Shown piece by piece: positions 1 to 12,503 of a stretch of 64,000 nucleotides of DNA. Numbering within the stretch: position 1 is the stretch's first letter; each line of letters opens with the position of its first letter. A program made the translations under genes and the position numbers. The notes beneath the pieces were generated by a model. That model searched no databases. It was not told where the DNA came from and was given only the letters and a program-made list of their open reading frames with translations. Source of the stretch: Octopus vulgaris (taxonomy: Eukaryota). Location: contig OX597842.1 in the NCBI GenBank assembly GCA_951406725.2, forward strand, positions 17,608,001 through 17,672,000, written 5' to 3'.

Positions 1-84
1 AAAGATCAAGTAAATTACAAAAATAATATAATGTATATAACAGGCAATATATATATACACACACATACATACACACACACACAC

Positions 85-130
<46 letters not shown>

Positions 131-133
<3 letters not shown>

Positions 134-364
134 TTAGGGAATAAATCCAAATTTACAGGGAAAAAATCAGATTTAGGATTAAATCCAATTTTATAGTAAA
201 ATATTATAAAATATTATTAGAGACAAAACCACTATTTTGCAAAACAAACAAGGAAAGACTTAATCAATACATAAAATTTTAATAAATAGTCAAAAAAACC
301 GCCACTACAATTATTTCTTGTCTTGATCGACAATCTTCAGGTGGACTTCCAATATATCAGTTTC

Positions 365-404
<40 letters not shown>

Positions 405-1480
405 CACTAAATGTTCTACTATATTATATTGTAAATCGAAAGATTTGTCCTTCAATGTATGATGAGTAAAGTTTCAGCCATTTAATTTGGGGGAGAACTT
501 AGCTATGAAATATTTTTCCATATTCCTCCTGAAAGAGGTGTCGTTCTTCGGACATTTGTAGAAGGGAAAGAACTTAAATTTTCCTTCTCCACATGTAGCT
601 AGGTGTGTGCTTAGTGGTATTTTGCGTAGTTCTTCCTGCCGAATATGTTGTCGGTGAATCCTGGCTCGCTGGCACAAAGAATTACCAGTTTCACCTACGT
701 AATTCTCCTTGCACGTGGTGAAGGTTATGCAGTATATAACGTTCTGCGTCTTGCAGTTCATATCAGCATTTATTTTGTATATGTCACCACCTTTAAATCT
801 TATCTCTCTGTTTCCCTCTGTGTATTTGTAGGTGGGGTTGCTGCAGATCCCACATCTACCATCTCCACATCTACCATCTTAGGCAAAGAATTCCGTTTTA
901 GTTTCTGAAGAGAATATCGCTCTTGTTAGGTGTTTCTTTAGGTTTTTGTCCTGTTGTCTACTGTTTTTATGCTATATTTTGGGGCATTTTGGGGCTTTGT
1001 AAGGCTATTGGTAGGTTTGAATGTATGGTTTGGAAGATGTTGGTAACTCAGGGTTGTGCGTGTTTATAAAAGGGATAATGTTTTCTTTCTTTTCTGTTTT
1101 GGGTGTCCTGAGTTGTGTGATGTCTAGTTTTAATGCTCTTGTGATTCCATTTTCTATTAGTTTAAGGGGGTATTTTTGCTCTAGGAGGAAGTTTTTGAGT
1201 TCATCTAGTCTTATTAGTCGTATTTGTGAATCCGTAACTATGCTACATATTCGTCTTGCCATACTATATGGGATGTTTGTTTTTGTGTGGGATGGGTGGC
1301 AGGAGTGGAAATTTAAGTATTGGAGTGTGTCAGTTTTTTTGTAGTGGATGTCTGTTGTGACGATGGAGTTGTGTATTTTGAAGTTGATGTCTAGGAAGGG
1401 AAATTCGTTGTGGCTAATGTGTTTTGTGAAGTTGATAGATGGGTGTAGTGTATTAGGGATGTTGTGAAATGTTCGTACGA
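131..1480 (-). mobile_element. Penelope-like retroelement, 5'-truncated and degenerate (RT C-terminus, GIY-YIG endonuclease, 3' pLTR)
   Basis: ORF 1005-1517: HPSINFT..FPFLDI..TDIHYKKTDT.QYLNFHSCHP.H; ORF 474-761: NVIYCITFTTCKENYVGET..L..R..H (GIY-YIG); hammerhead motif downstream. Confidence 0.9.
302..344 (-). ncRNA. Minimal type I hammerhead ribozyme motif in Penelope pLTR
   Basis: Minus strand reads CCAC-CUGAAGA-UUGUC-gaucaa-GACAA-GAAA-U-AAUU-GUA-GUGG: intact core, stems I and II, very short stem III with a palindromic loop. Confidence 0.8.
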
Positions 1481-1529
1481 ACATTCCACATATGTGTATA
1501 TGTATGTGTGTATGCATATATATATTATT

Positions 1530-1536
1530 TATATTA

Positions 1537-1570
<34 letters not shown>

Positions 1571-1582
1571 ATTATTATAGAA

Positions 1583-1642
<60 letters not shown>

Positions 1643-1873
1643 GTGTATAACAATATTAGTAACAATAATAAAAAAATAATAATAATAATTATATTAATAA
1701 TAATAATAATAATAATATTAAAAATAATAATAATAATAATAATAATATTAAAAGTAATGGTAATAATATTAATAATAATAATAATAGTCATAATAATAAT
1801 AATATTAATAATAAAAAAAAATAATAATAATAATAAAAATAATATTGATAATAATAATAATATTATCATTATT

Positions 1874-1958
<85 letters not shown>

Positions 1959-1965
1959 TTATGTT
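1530..1965. repeat. (TTA)n/(TAA)n microsatellite
   Basis: Directly visible trinucleotide array. Confidence 0.95.
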
Positions 1966-2131
1966 AGTCGACACCTAACTGTATTGAAAAGTAGCCATCT
2001 CCTTGGTTTCGTAGACTTCATTCACCGTACTTCACTGTGTTTCATGACATGAGTTTGTGTATTTATGCGTATATATATCTATATATACATACATATATAT
2101 ATACATATATATATACATATATCTATCTATC

Positions 2132-2185
<54 letters not shown>

Positions 2186-3870
2186 GTATGTATATATATA
2201 TATATGTATATATGTATATATAGAGGTAGGTGGGTCTGTGTGTTACTTCCTAATTACATGGATCCGGGTTCCGCCCCACAGCGTGTCACCTTGCGAAAGG
2301 GCCTCTTCTTCAGCCTCAAGTTTTTCAAATAATAATAATAATAATAATATTAATAGTAATATTAATAATAATAAGGCTTTATTTCAGAAAATTCTTAAAT
2401 CCTTTCGTGTACTCGTTGACCACACCACTTTCGATGGCATTAAGTGTAATTTATCTAATGCATGATTAAAAATTTACAGCTATCGATATATTGCCATGAT
2501 AAAATAAAATCGTTTGGCTCACCATGTATACAAACGCAGTCGACTTGTTTCAAACGTTTATTTGCTTAGATCGATGGATAGAAACAGTTGCTGTGTAAGC
2601 CCTAACAAAGCTACGGGTAAAACTGATAATTTACTTACCTTCTGAAGAGCAAAGCATTCTGGAGAGAAAGACAAACGAATATAAGACCTGCAATTTAAGA
2701 ACTTATTTAACGAAAAGTGAAATTACCTGGCGACGACTTCTTGTGTAAGAGGAAAAGAAAGTTCAAGTTGGCCATCGATTTTATAAGAATGGAAGAACTC
2801 GGGAGAGATTGTTTTAAAGACATTGTCTTTTCGAAGCCAATGCAAAAAGAAATCAAATGTGAAATATCCTGAATTTATTCTTAAATTAGCAGAACGAAGA
2901 GAATAGGAATGAATAAAAGAAAGCTTGTTTATCGAGACTAGGAAAAGGGAACATTAAAAGGCAGAAGCTTATTTTCCACAGTGGGACACGTCTTGTTGGT
3001 CGATTTTGCAACTAAAAGTAAAGTTTACTAATAGTCATGAATTTTAAAGGTAAGTGAATTAATAATATTCAGAATGAAAACAGAGATAATTACTGAAATT
3101 GTTTTTATTATTCTCTGATATAAAATACTGTAGCTGACTTGTGCTTTTATTATACTCGGTTTACCATTTTCATTTTCCACTTCCGATGAGAATGGAAAGG
3201 ACGGAGATGGATTTGTAGAAATCATGGATCGACTGGTCAAGTATCCTTTCTACACTGACTTGAACCTCAACGTTCTGATTTCGAATTTTGCTGTGATTTA
3301 GGATTTAATCTAGATAGACAGATTTAAAATAAAGAAATAGATATGAAAATTGGGTAATAAATCTTTGGATAATGATTAGCGAGTTGTTGAATATTAAAAT
3401 AAATAACCCTGGGCAATTTTTTCTTGTCTGGGGCCTGGAATATTTTAATTAATTCCAAGTGATTTTGCCTGCTAATTTCAAAAGGCACTCCAGTTTTTCT
3501 TTATCAGGTCTGGTTTTCTGACTAGACCTGATAGAGTAAGTATTTCATTCAAACAAGAGGAATATGAATCAATAAAGAGAGATTATCACTGAAATCAATT
3601 TTATAATTCTATAATATGAAATACTGTAGTTGACGTGCGCTTTTATTACATTCGGTTTACTATTATCATTTCCCATTTCCAAAAAGAATGGAAAGGACAG
3701 TGGTAGATTTGTAGAAATCATGAATCGACTGATAAAATATCTTTAGTATTCAGCCATGGAACTTTACATTTTGACTTGGAATGATTCCTAGGTCAATGAT
3801 TATGGTGCTGCTGATTAACAAATATAACTTTAGGTATTTCATTTAATAAAAATAATTATTAAACAATTAT

Positions 3871-4041
3871 AGGCGTAGGAGTGGCTGTGTGGTAAGTAGC
3901 TTGCTTACCAACCTCATGGTTCCGGGTTCAATCCCACTTCGTGACACCTTGGGCAGGTGTCTTCTGCTAAACCTCGGGCCGACTATAGCCTTGTGAGTGG
4001 ATTTGGTAGACGGAAACTGAAAGGATCCCTTCGTATATATG

Positions 4042-4127
<86 letters not shown>

Positions 4128-4368
4128 TGTGTGTATATGTGAGTGTGTGTGTATTGTGTGTCTATGTTTGTCCTCCCAACATCGCTTGACAACCGATGCT
4201 GGTGTGTTTACGTCCCCGTAACATAGTGGTTCGGCAAAAAAGACCGATAGAATAAGTACTAGGCTTACAAAGAATAAGTCCTGGTGTCGATTTGTTCGAG
4301 TAAAGGTGGTGCTCCAGCATGGCCGCAGTCAAATGACTGAATCAAGTAAAAGAGTAAAAGAGTAAAAG
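3871..4368 (+). mobile_element. tRNA-derived SINE with internal (GT)n
   Basis: A-box-like TGGCTGTGTGGTAAG, B-box-like GGTTCAATCCC, (AAGAGTA)n tail; five copies in the window. Confidence 0.85.
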
Positions 4369-4829
4369 AAAGACTTTTCTGATTTCTCTCAGAAAGGTCT
4401 CAGGCGACTTAGTCTGTTCATTTCACCTTAAATCTCCAAACGGATGTTTCTCTTGCTTTCACTTTCACTTTCTCTGTTTTTACAATTTCTTCGAAACTTA
4501 TGAACGACCTTTTGGTCCCTTTAATGATTTCAATCCACATCCCTGTCTACAATTCTTTCCTCATTCATTGACTCAATTCTTTTCGTATTTCTGAACGTAT
4601 TCAAGAAGGTTATTCTTGAACGCTTTAAAACATATGACATATGAGGTGGTTATAGCTGATAAAAATAACAGCTAATCAAGCCTTAAATCGTGCACCAAAA
4701 ATTATTTTCTTTCGTTTTTGGTTAATCGGATGAATTTCCGTATATAGAAAATAAATTCACCAAAATTATTTTAAAATTCCCCAAAATGAAAAAAACCTTA
4801 TAAAGGGTTATATATATATATGTCTCTGT

Positions 4830-4860
<31 letters not shown>

Positions 4861-4870
4861 CTTGCGTGTG

Positions 4871-4920
<50 letters not shown>

Positions 4921-4989
4921 CGTGTCTGTAGATAGATAGATAGAGATATAGATATAGATATATATATAAGAACACACAAAGACACACGC

Positions 4990-5020
<31 letters not shown>

Positions 5021-5036
5021 CATATATATGTATATA

Positions 5037-5093
<57 letters not shown>

Positions 5094-5098
<5 letters not shown>

Positions 5099-6370
5099 AA
5101 TCAAGGAACGGCCATAATAGGCCATTCACCCACTAGAAATAACAGCCAAAGCTTTAACCGCAAAATAACATTAATTCCGTAAACCAGGAAAAAATTAAAA
5201 AAACATTTACCCTGTAATTTCTTATACGATGCACCGTTTCATCTACTGTTTAATGGTAAACCAACCTGATTAAATTAAATCAAGCCAATCTTCCATAGGC
5301 CTTTAGATTCCTCAGTAAGAAATAGCCAGAACGGAACAGATATTTTCACGATGCATTTCCGTCCCTGCCTCGGCAATATCTGACCTAAAATTTTCAAATC
5401 ATCGCACTCGCGCCAAATTTATCGGCAGCAAATAAATATAAGCCGCCGATAAATTTGGCGCGAGTGCGATGATTTGAAAATTTTAGGTCAGATATTGCCG
5501 AGGCAGGGACAGAAATGCCTCGTGAAAATATCTGTTCCGTTCTGGCTATTTCTTACTGAGGAATCTAAGGGCCTATGGAAGATTGGCTTGATTTAATTTA
5601 ATCAGGTTGGTTTACCATTAAACAGTAGATGAAACGGTGCATCGTATAAGAAATTACAGGGTAAATGTTTTTTTAATTTTCTCCTGGTTTACGGAATTAA
5701 TGTTATTTTGCGGTTAAAGCTTTGGCTGTTATTTCTAGTGGGTGAATGGCCTATTATGGCCGTTCCTTGATTGTGATGTTGAACTTATAAATGGTATATG
5801 ACTATTTAATTTTTTCCCACTAGGCCGCTGGTGGCAAAAAAATTCTACAAAATTTTTTTTGGCACCCTATATTGATTAATTATGAATTTTCTGGTTGATT
5901 CCGTAATGGAATCGGCGGCTTATATTTATTTGCTGCCGATAAATTTGGCGCGAGTGCGATGATTTGAAAATTTTAGGTCAGATATTGCCGAGGCAGGGAC
6001 GGAAATGCCTCGTGAAAATATCTGTTCCGTTCTGGCTATTTCTTACTGAGGAATCTAAGGGCCTATGGAAGATTGGCTTGATTTAATTTAATCAGGTTGG
6101 TTTACCATTAAACAGTAGATGAAACGGTGCATCGTATAAGAAATTACAGGGTAAATGTTTTTTTAATTTTCTCCTGGTTTACGGAATTAATGTTATTTTG
6201 CGGTTAAAGCTTTGGCTGTTATTTCTAGTGGGTGAATGGCCTATTATGGCCGTTCCTTGATTGTGATGTTGAACTTATAAATGGTATATGACTATTTAAT
6301 TTTTTCCCACTAGGCCGCTGGTGGCAAAAAAATTCTACAAAATTTTTTTTGCCACCCTATATTGATTAAT

Positions 6371-6375
<5 letters not shown>
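5094..6375. repeat. Fold-back palindrome (~330-bp arms, 5094-5776) plus ~490-bp-period direct repeat, inserted in (TA)n
   Basis: 5094-~5430 is the near-perfect reverse complement of ~5445-5776; 5445-5880 recurs at 5935-6375. Confidence 0.92.
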
Positions 6376-6415
<40 letters not shown>

Positions 6416-6463
6416 AAACAAGTCAAAAATAGAAAATGCTAAGATGATTTTATAGTGAATCTT

Positions 6464-6504
6464 TCAGTACCGGTTTCGGTCATTTTGAGACCTTTTCAAC
6501 TGTA
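6464..6504 (-). ncRNA. Hammerhead-like motif (variant core), probable Penelope pLTR remnant
   Basis: Minus strand reads CAG-UUGAAAA-GGUC-ucaaaau-GACC-GAAAC-CG-GUA-CUG: all three stems pair, but the first core box deviates from CUGANGA. Confidence 0.55.
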
Positions 6505-6919
6505 ACGATTAAATAATTAAATTTTGAAAAATTTAGAAAAATTAGAAGAAAGGTTTTTTTAAAGGAATACTTCCATAGTAGTGTTCAGATATATGTGGCA
6601 TTCTGCCTTTCTCTGACTCCCTTGTTTGCACTTGTGTATTCGAGGTCGTTGTGATATATATATATACAAGTGGTATTCTCGAGAAAGAGAGATTCTGGAG
6701 TTGGTCTGTTGGACTAATCACGTCACTGTGGTGCTCCAGTGTGGCCGTAGTTCAATGACTGAAAGGAGTAAGCTATGATCAATAAAATCTATTTAGTAAT
6801 TACAATAATGAAGTGGCTTCAGGTGTTTGTCCAGGGAGATAACTCTCAATATAAGACAATATATAGTTGAGAGTAGCTTCCCTTAAAAAAGGCAACTAAA
6901 AGCGATCAATAAGCTTGAA

Positions 6920-7175
6920 ATGTGTGCGTGTGTTTATGTGTGTGTGCATGTATGTATGCATGTATGTATGTATGTATGTAAGTGTGTATATATGTATGTA
7001 TGCATGTATGTATGTATGAGTCTATGTATGTATGCATGTATGTATGTATGTATGTATGTATGTATGTATGTATGTAGTATGTATGTATGTATGTTTGTGT
7101 GTATGTATGTATGTATATGTGTATGTATGAGTCTATGTATGTATGTATGTATGTATGTAAGTATATATGTGTGTG

Positions 7176-7206
<31 letters not shown>

Positions 7207-7263
7207 GCATGCATGCATTTATGCATGCATGTATGTATGTGTGTATGCATGTATGTATGAGTC

Positions 7264-7294
<31 letters not shown>

Positions 7295-7313
7295 GTATAT
7301 ATGTGTGTGTATG

Positions 7314-7344
<31 letters not shown>

Positions 7345-7480
7345 GCATGCATGCATTTATGCATGCATGTATGTATGTGTGTATGCATGTATGTATGTAT
7401 GTATGCATGTATGTATGTATGTATGTATGCATGTGTCAGTGCCTGTATGTATGTATGTATGTATGTATGTATGTAGGTAG
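6920..7480. repeat. (TATG)n microsatellite; paralogous arrays at ~28860-29440 and ~54650-56380
   Basis: Directly visible. Confidence 0.95.
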
Positions 7481-7489
7481 GTACATGCA

Positions 7490-8160
7490 CATCCCTATAC
7501 CGTGCATGTATACTAACATCGCTCTTTTACTCTTGTGAAACATGGAACCTTTACAAACGTCATGCAAGTGTTCTTTAACAATTTCATCAGAGATGTCTGA
7601 GACACATTCTGAATGTTGGCTGGACCTTAAAAATTCCAGACACACATTTCTTGAGGAAAGCTGATGTCCTGAGGATTGAGGTGATGATGCAGAAGTACTG
7701 GTTACGTTGGTCTAGACTCCTTATTAGAATGAAGGATAGCAGGATCCCTAAACACATGCTATACGGGGAACGTGTGAGCGGAAAAAGTCTGTAATTTAAT
7801 GAAAGTTTCAAGTCCTCATTGAAGTCCTATGATATGCAGGAGAAAGTATAGGAGAGCAATGCTTGTCATTGCCACAGATTGAAGTAGGTTAAGGAAGGGG
7901 TCGGCACTTTGAGAGAGCATATATTCTGTATGAAGAATTTAAAGCGTGCTGTTCGAAAGCGCATGGCTGGTGTAGTGAATAGAGAATGCTTAGTTTGCAA
8001 TGTTTGCAGTCGTGTATGCTTGTCAAGAGCAGGGTTCTCATTAGCCACCAACAGAGCTGCAAATGCAAAATATAAGTTAGTCCAAGAGTGCACAATGTTC
8101 CTGAATGTCAGTAACGGTCTTCCTCAGTCACGAGTAGACGGCCATCATGTATCATCATGC
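7490..8160 (+). mobile_element. Degenerate RTE-type LINE 3' fragment (paralogs ~29450-29760, ~56390-57045)
   Basis: Paralogs translate SLYRACILT.LLYSCETWNLYKRH..VLE.F.QRCLRHILNVGW and LRW.G...RMKD.RI.KQ.LYGEL. Confidence 0.8.
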
Positions 8161-8245
8161 ATATAAATGTATATATATATATATAACTGTATATATATAA
8201 CCGTTTCTCTCCTTCTTTCTGTGTTTTTTTTTTTCTCTCTGTGTA

Positions 8246-8284
8246 TCTTTCTGTTGAAGAGCGTAGGCTCGAAACGTTAAAGAC
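8246..8284 (+). ncRNA. Hammerhead-like motif (variant core) in a short pLTR-like insert found only in unit 1
   Basis: UCUUU-CUGUUGA-A-GAGC-guag-GCUC-GAAAC-GUU-AAAGA; core position 6 is non-canonical. Confidence 0.45.
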
Positions 8285-8491
8285 TTCTTTTATTTATATT
8301 TCCTGAGCGCCATACTAATACAATTGTTTGTTTGTTTCCCACCTGCCTTCGTCTTTTCTCTATTTTCATAAAGCTTCCCGTTATATAACTGTATATATGT
8401 ATATAACTATATATATATATATATGTATATAAATGTATATATATGTATATATATGTATATAAATGTGTATATATAGAGATTCACGTATATA

Positions 8492-8522
<31 letters not shown>

Positions 8523-8565
8523 GGGTGGGTGTATATATGTATATATGTATATATACATATATATG

Positions 8566-8632
<67 letters not shown>

Positions 8633-8649
8633 TTGTATATTTTTCAGGA

Positions 8650-11600
8650 ATGGAAACAACAATTCAGTACCATCCGATTCTTCTTCTTCTGCCAGCTTTG
8701 ACACTTTTGCTTTTCGTGACTCTTGTAACTGCCGGAGAACCAACGTATAGAGATGGTCTCTTCAGAAAAACCACAACATCAAAATGCTTAACTGATCAGA
8801 ATAAAACTACTAAGTACGCGTCATCTCTTATAGGATGTTCATTTCGGTGTATTTCCCGCGATGAGTGTGAATATTTTACCTATTGTAATGGCCCGTGTTA
8901 TATGCATCGGTCGCTTCACAACGAAGAAATTAACGATCAGGATTGCACATGTTTATCGTATATTTTACTCTCCGGAAATAGTATGTAAATCACAATTTTC
9001 TGGCATATTTTTTCCATTTTCTGTATATTTTAATCATTATCCCAATTGTTTTACAAACGCATGCACACACACACATTTATGTATGTATGTATGTATGTAT
9101 GTATGTATGTATATTATTATTCAGTTTTTTTCAGGATTTGTTGCCAATAGAGAACGAACCGGTTTCTAACCTTAACCCAGGCACTTTCACTGGAATTGCA
9201 ACATCAACAACAGGGTATTTTTGTTTATAAGTTTTTATGTATGTTATGTATGTATGTATCTATGCGAAGATTTGTATGTATTATGTATGATTGCTCGCAA
9301 AGAAACGAACAAGGGACAACAATCAATGCAAGCTAACAAACTGTCCCATCCGTGACATAGATTTATGCCAACGGGTAAACTTTGTGTATAGAATACAATG
9401 TTACAAATGCAACAAGTGGGTAGTACAAAAAAACCGTTTCACGTCCGCATCAAAGAACATCTGAACACGATAGCCTCTTCCTTCAGAAAAGATGCCGGAA
9501 CACCGACAAAAGCATAACAGTCACACTTGAGCCAGTGAAAGAAATGTGGGTAATTTAAGAATTAAGGAAGCTATACTCATACGTAGACTCATACACTACT
9601 TATTATTTTAGGAAAGAATCCTTCCAGAATCCCAGTGTGTTATCCGATCATTACTTGGAACCATAGACACGATCTGCGCCAGACAATTCCAAAACAAGTA
9701 TCGAGAACAAGAAAACCACATTTTTCTTATCTTTTCTGATCTGCAAAAATTTTTTGATAGAGTACCAAGATCAGCCATATGGACGGCCCTTGATCAATTC
9801 CTTCTCCCTGATCATGCAATGGTATGATTGGACGTTTCCTTCCACGTGACGGACTCTCAAAAGAATTCCCAATTACATCTGGATTGAAACAAGTTTGCCC
9901 ACCCGTTACTATGCTTTCCTCCCGATACCTTCCTGCAATGATATATGAACTTCACTTGGATCAGCTGGGAAAGGACATCAGATATCGTTTTGATGAAAGA
10001 CTCTTCAGCTTGGTGAGGTTTCGGTCAAAGAATCTTACCAGTTCCAAGCGAATCTCAGAACTTCACTTCGTCGATGGCAACGTGGTCACGCGGTCACTCA
10101 AGCTTAGAACTGCAACGATCTGTCAGTTATTTCACCATTGCGTATCAACGTTTTGAGCTCACTGTAAATTCTAAGAAATCTCAGTTCTTCGCCTAATCAA
10201 TCCCGAATTCTGCCCTTCTGGATTTTAACATCATAATTTCAGGCACACCACTGGAACGAGTTAATCGCTTTGCATGACTTAGAAGTGTGCTTTCCAACAA
10301 ACACAATCATGAGCGAGATGTGGGACGAGGAATCGGAGCGGTTCACTCAGCTTTCTTTGAAATAAATAAATGTCTTTCCTGAAAAATCCTGGAAAATTCT
10401 GGAATGCACCTCCTTTTTCTTTAAAATCCTATTGGTGTCACAAAACTTTTGCACAGATATGACCGTCATCAGTTGAGGCTGGAGCGAAAGCTAAATTAAA
10501 TGCGCCTAAGCGTAAGCGGCCCTTATCAATGGGAGAAATCCAGTCGTAAATAGATGATTTAAACAGCGATGAAGAAGTGTTTTTCTGATTTTCTTTCATC
10601 ATCAAATAAAGCAGGTGATGTTGAAAATGATGTTTTATATAATATAGAAAAAAATAATGCTTCAACTAGCTCTGGATGGAAAAAGTGCACCGATACTTCT
10701 CCATTTGTTTAAGACCGACAAGCATTTTAGTTTTTGTGCTTAATTTAATGAAAATAAATATATAAATTAGCTTTATGAAAAAGAGATTTTTTCGATTATT
10801 GCCCGTTTGTCACACACATTCATGCAACCCTTTCCCGCCGTTTAAGGGTTTACATCTTGTTTGTATACTTACATTTTTTATTGCTGATACAGGTACAAGC
10901 TGGCAAAAAGTTTTTGAGATAACCCCAAACTCATTTAAGAAAAGCCCTATTTATTTGTACTGGGACAATTTGCCTATTGAAAAGGTAATGAATTTTTAGA
11001 ATTTCGAGATGATTCTCATTTGATAACCAATCTACATATTTGTTGCTGTTTTACAATAATTACTAGTGTTTTCTTTTAAATGTTTAATTTCAGTTTTTGA
11101 TGTTTGTTTCATTTTTAAAATCTATCTTTTTGGTTAGCAAGTTTCTTTGGCGGGTTTTCACGATAGAAGTAGATCCAGACTAATTTTCCTTCTAAATTTC
11201 AATGGAATATTGTGCAGCGTTTTCATTTGACGGCAAGAGTGTTGCTATAAATTATACACGACGCATAAAAACCTATTCCTCTCCTATTTATTTCTCCTTT
11301 TTTTCTGTTTCACTAGCGAGATTTGGGGACTAAGGTCCGGCCTTTTATTTAGATTTTTATCATTTTCGCCGTGTATCTGATTAAGGACACTGATCTTTGC
11401 TTTAATAAGGGTTTTGGAATTCAGCTTTGACTGCAATGATTTTATTACTCTCCTTGTGTACTCCCAATTGGTCGTTTGTTTCATTCATTTTTTATTTCGT
11501 CTGCTTTCAGTATTCCCAAGTACTTTTACCACTGTCCTTTCTCAACTGCTCCCATTGTTTGCCCATTTGGTATTTCAATTCCCTGGCTTCTTTCAAATCT

Positions 11601-12440
11601 TCCTCGTTTTATTTTCAATATAGCGCACTTTTCTATCCCAAATTCCATACCAACGTCATTTGAGAAAATGCGGATAATATTTACAAGATTTTCAAACTGT
11701 TTCTCATTTTTCGCATAAACTTTTGTATCGTCCCTGAAAAGGAGATGATTTATCTGACCATTTCCTTTAACCAAATCGTAAGCAATTTTCACTTTTCATG
11801 GCCAATTCGAATAGTAACGGAGATAAGCTATCACCTTGAAATATTCCACGTCTGATGTTCACTTTTCCGGGTTTTTATTTTTCTCCGATCATTTCAGTAT
11901 TCCAATGTTCCATACTTTCATTTAGCATTTTCTCCATGCTTTTTTTTTTGCTATTTCAAACCTGCTCCCTGTTTTACTATCTAACTGTGTGCTATCATGT
12001 CATACGCTTTTTTCTTATCTAACCATGCTACATTCACTCCTGCCAATCATATACCTCTGCAATTTCTAATTATCATTTTATCATCTAATAGGTGATCTTT
12101 TGTTGCCCTACTTTGGTTCCTGCATCCTTTCTGTTCTTTTGGTAATAGATTGTTACTTACCTGATGTTTGCAAGTTCCCTTTCAAGGGGTCCTTGACGCA
12201 TTAGCAGCGTTCGCTCGCTTGACATCCATGCAGGGGCGCGACCTTGCTGCAGGCAGTCGTCCTGTTGCACAGCGATCCTCTCTTCTTCTTCTTCTTCTTC
12301 TTCTTCTTCTTCCAATTCTTCTTCTTCTTCTTCTTCTTCTTCTTCTTCTTCTTCTTCTTCTTCTTCTTCCAATTCTTCTTCCAATTCTTCTTCCAATTCT
12401 TCTTCTTCTTCTTCTTCTTCTTCTTCTTCTTCTTCTTCTT

Positions 12441-12503
<63 letters not shown>

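Noticed and set aside
3871-3960. tRNA gene (also near 21440, 47525, 44825, 52600)
   Set aside because: A/B boxes are present, but there is no complete cloverleaf and the sequence continues into a SINE body.
4370-4640. Purine-rich minus-strand reading frame (MWIEIIKGTKRSFISFEEIVKTEK..)
   Set aside because: Short, interrupted by stops, with no recognisable motif or clear splice context.
8443-8988. Single-exon 181-aa ORF as the gene product (likewise 30469-30840 and 57265-57762)
   Set aside because: The N-terminal part is TA repeat upstream of a splice acceptor, and the end runs through a GTATGT donor; the spliced model explains the downstream conserved exons.
12185-12280. Possible HDV-like ribozyme at the end of the R4-like fragment (minus strand has a hairpin followed by GCUAA)
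   Set aside because: I could not form convincing P1/P2 pairings or an L3 consensus.
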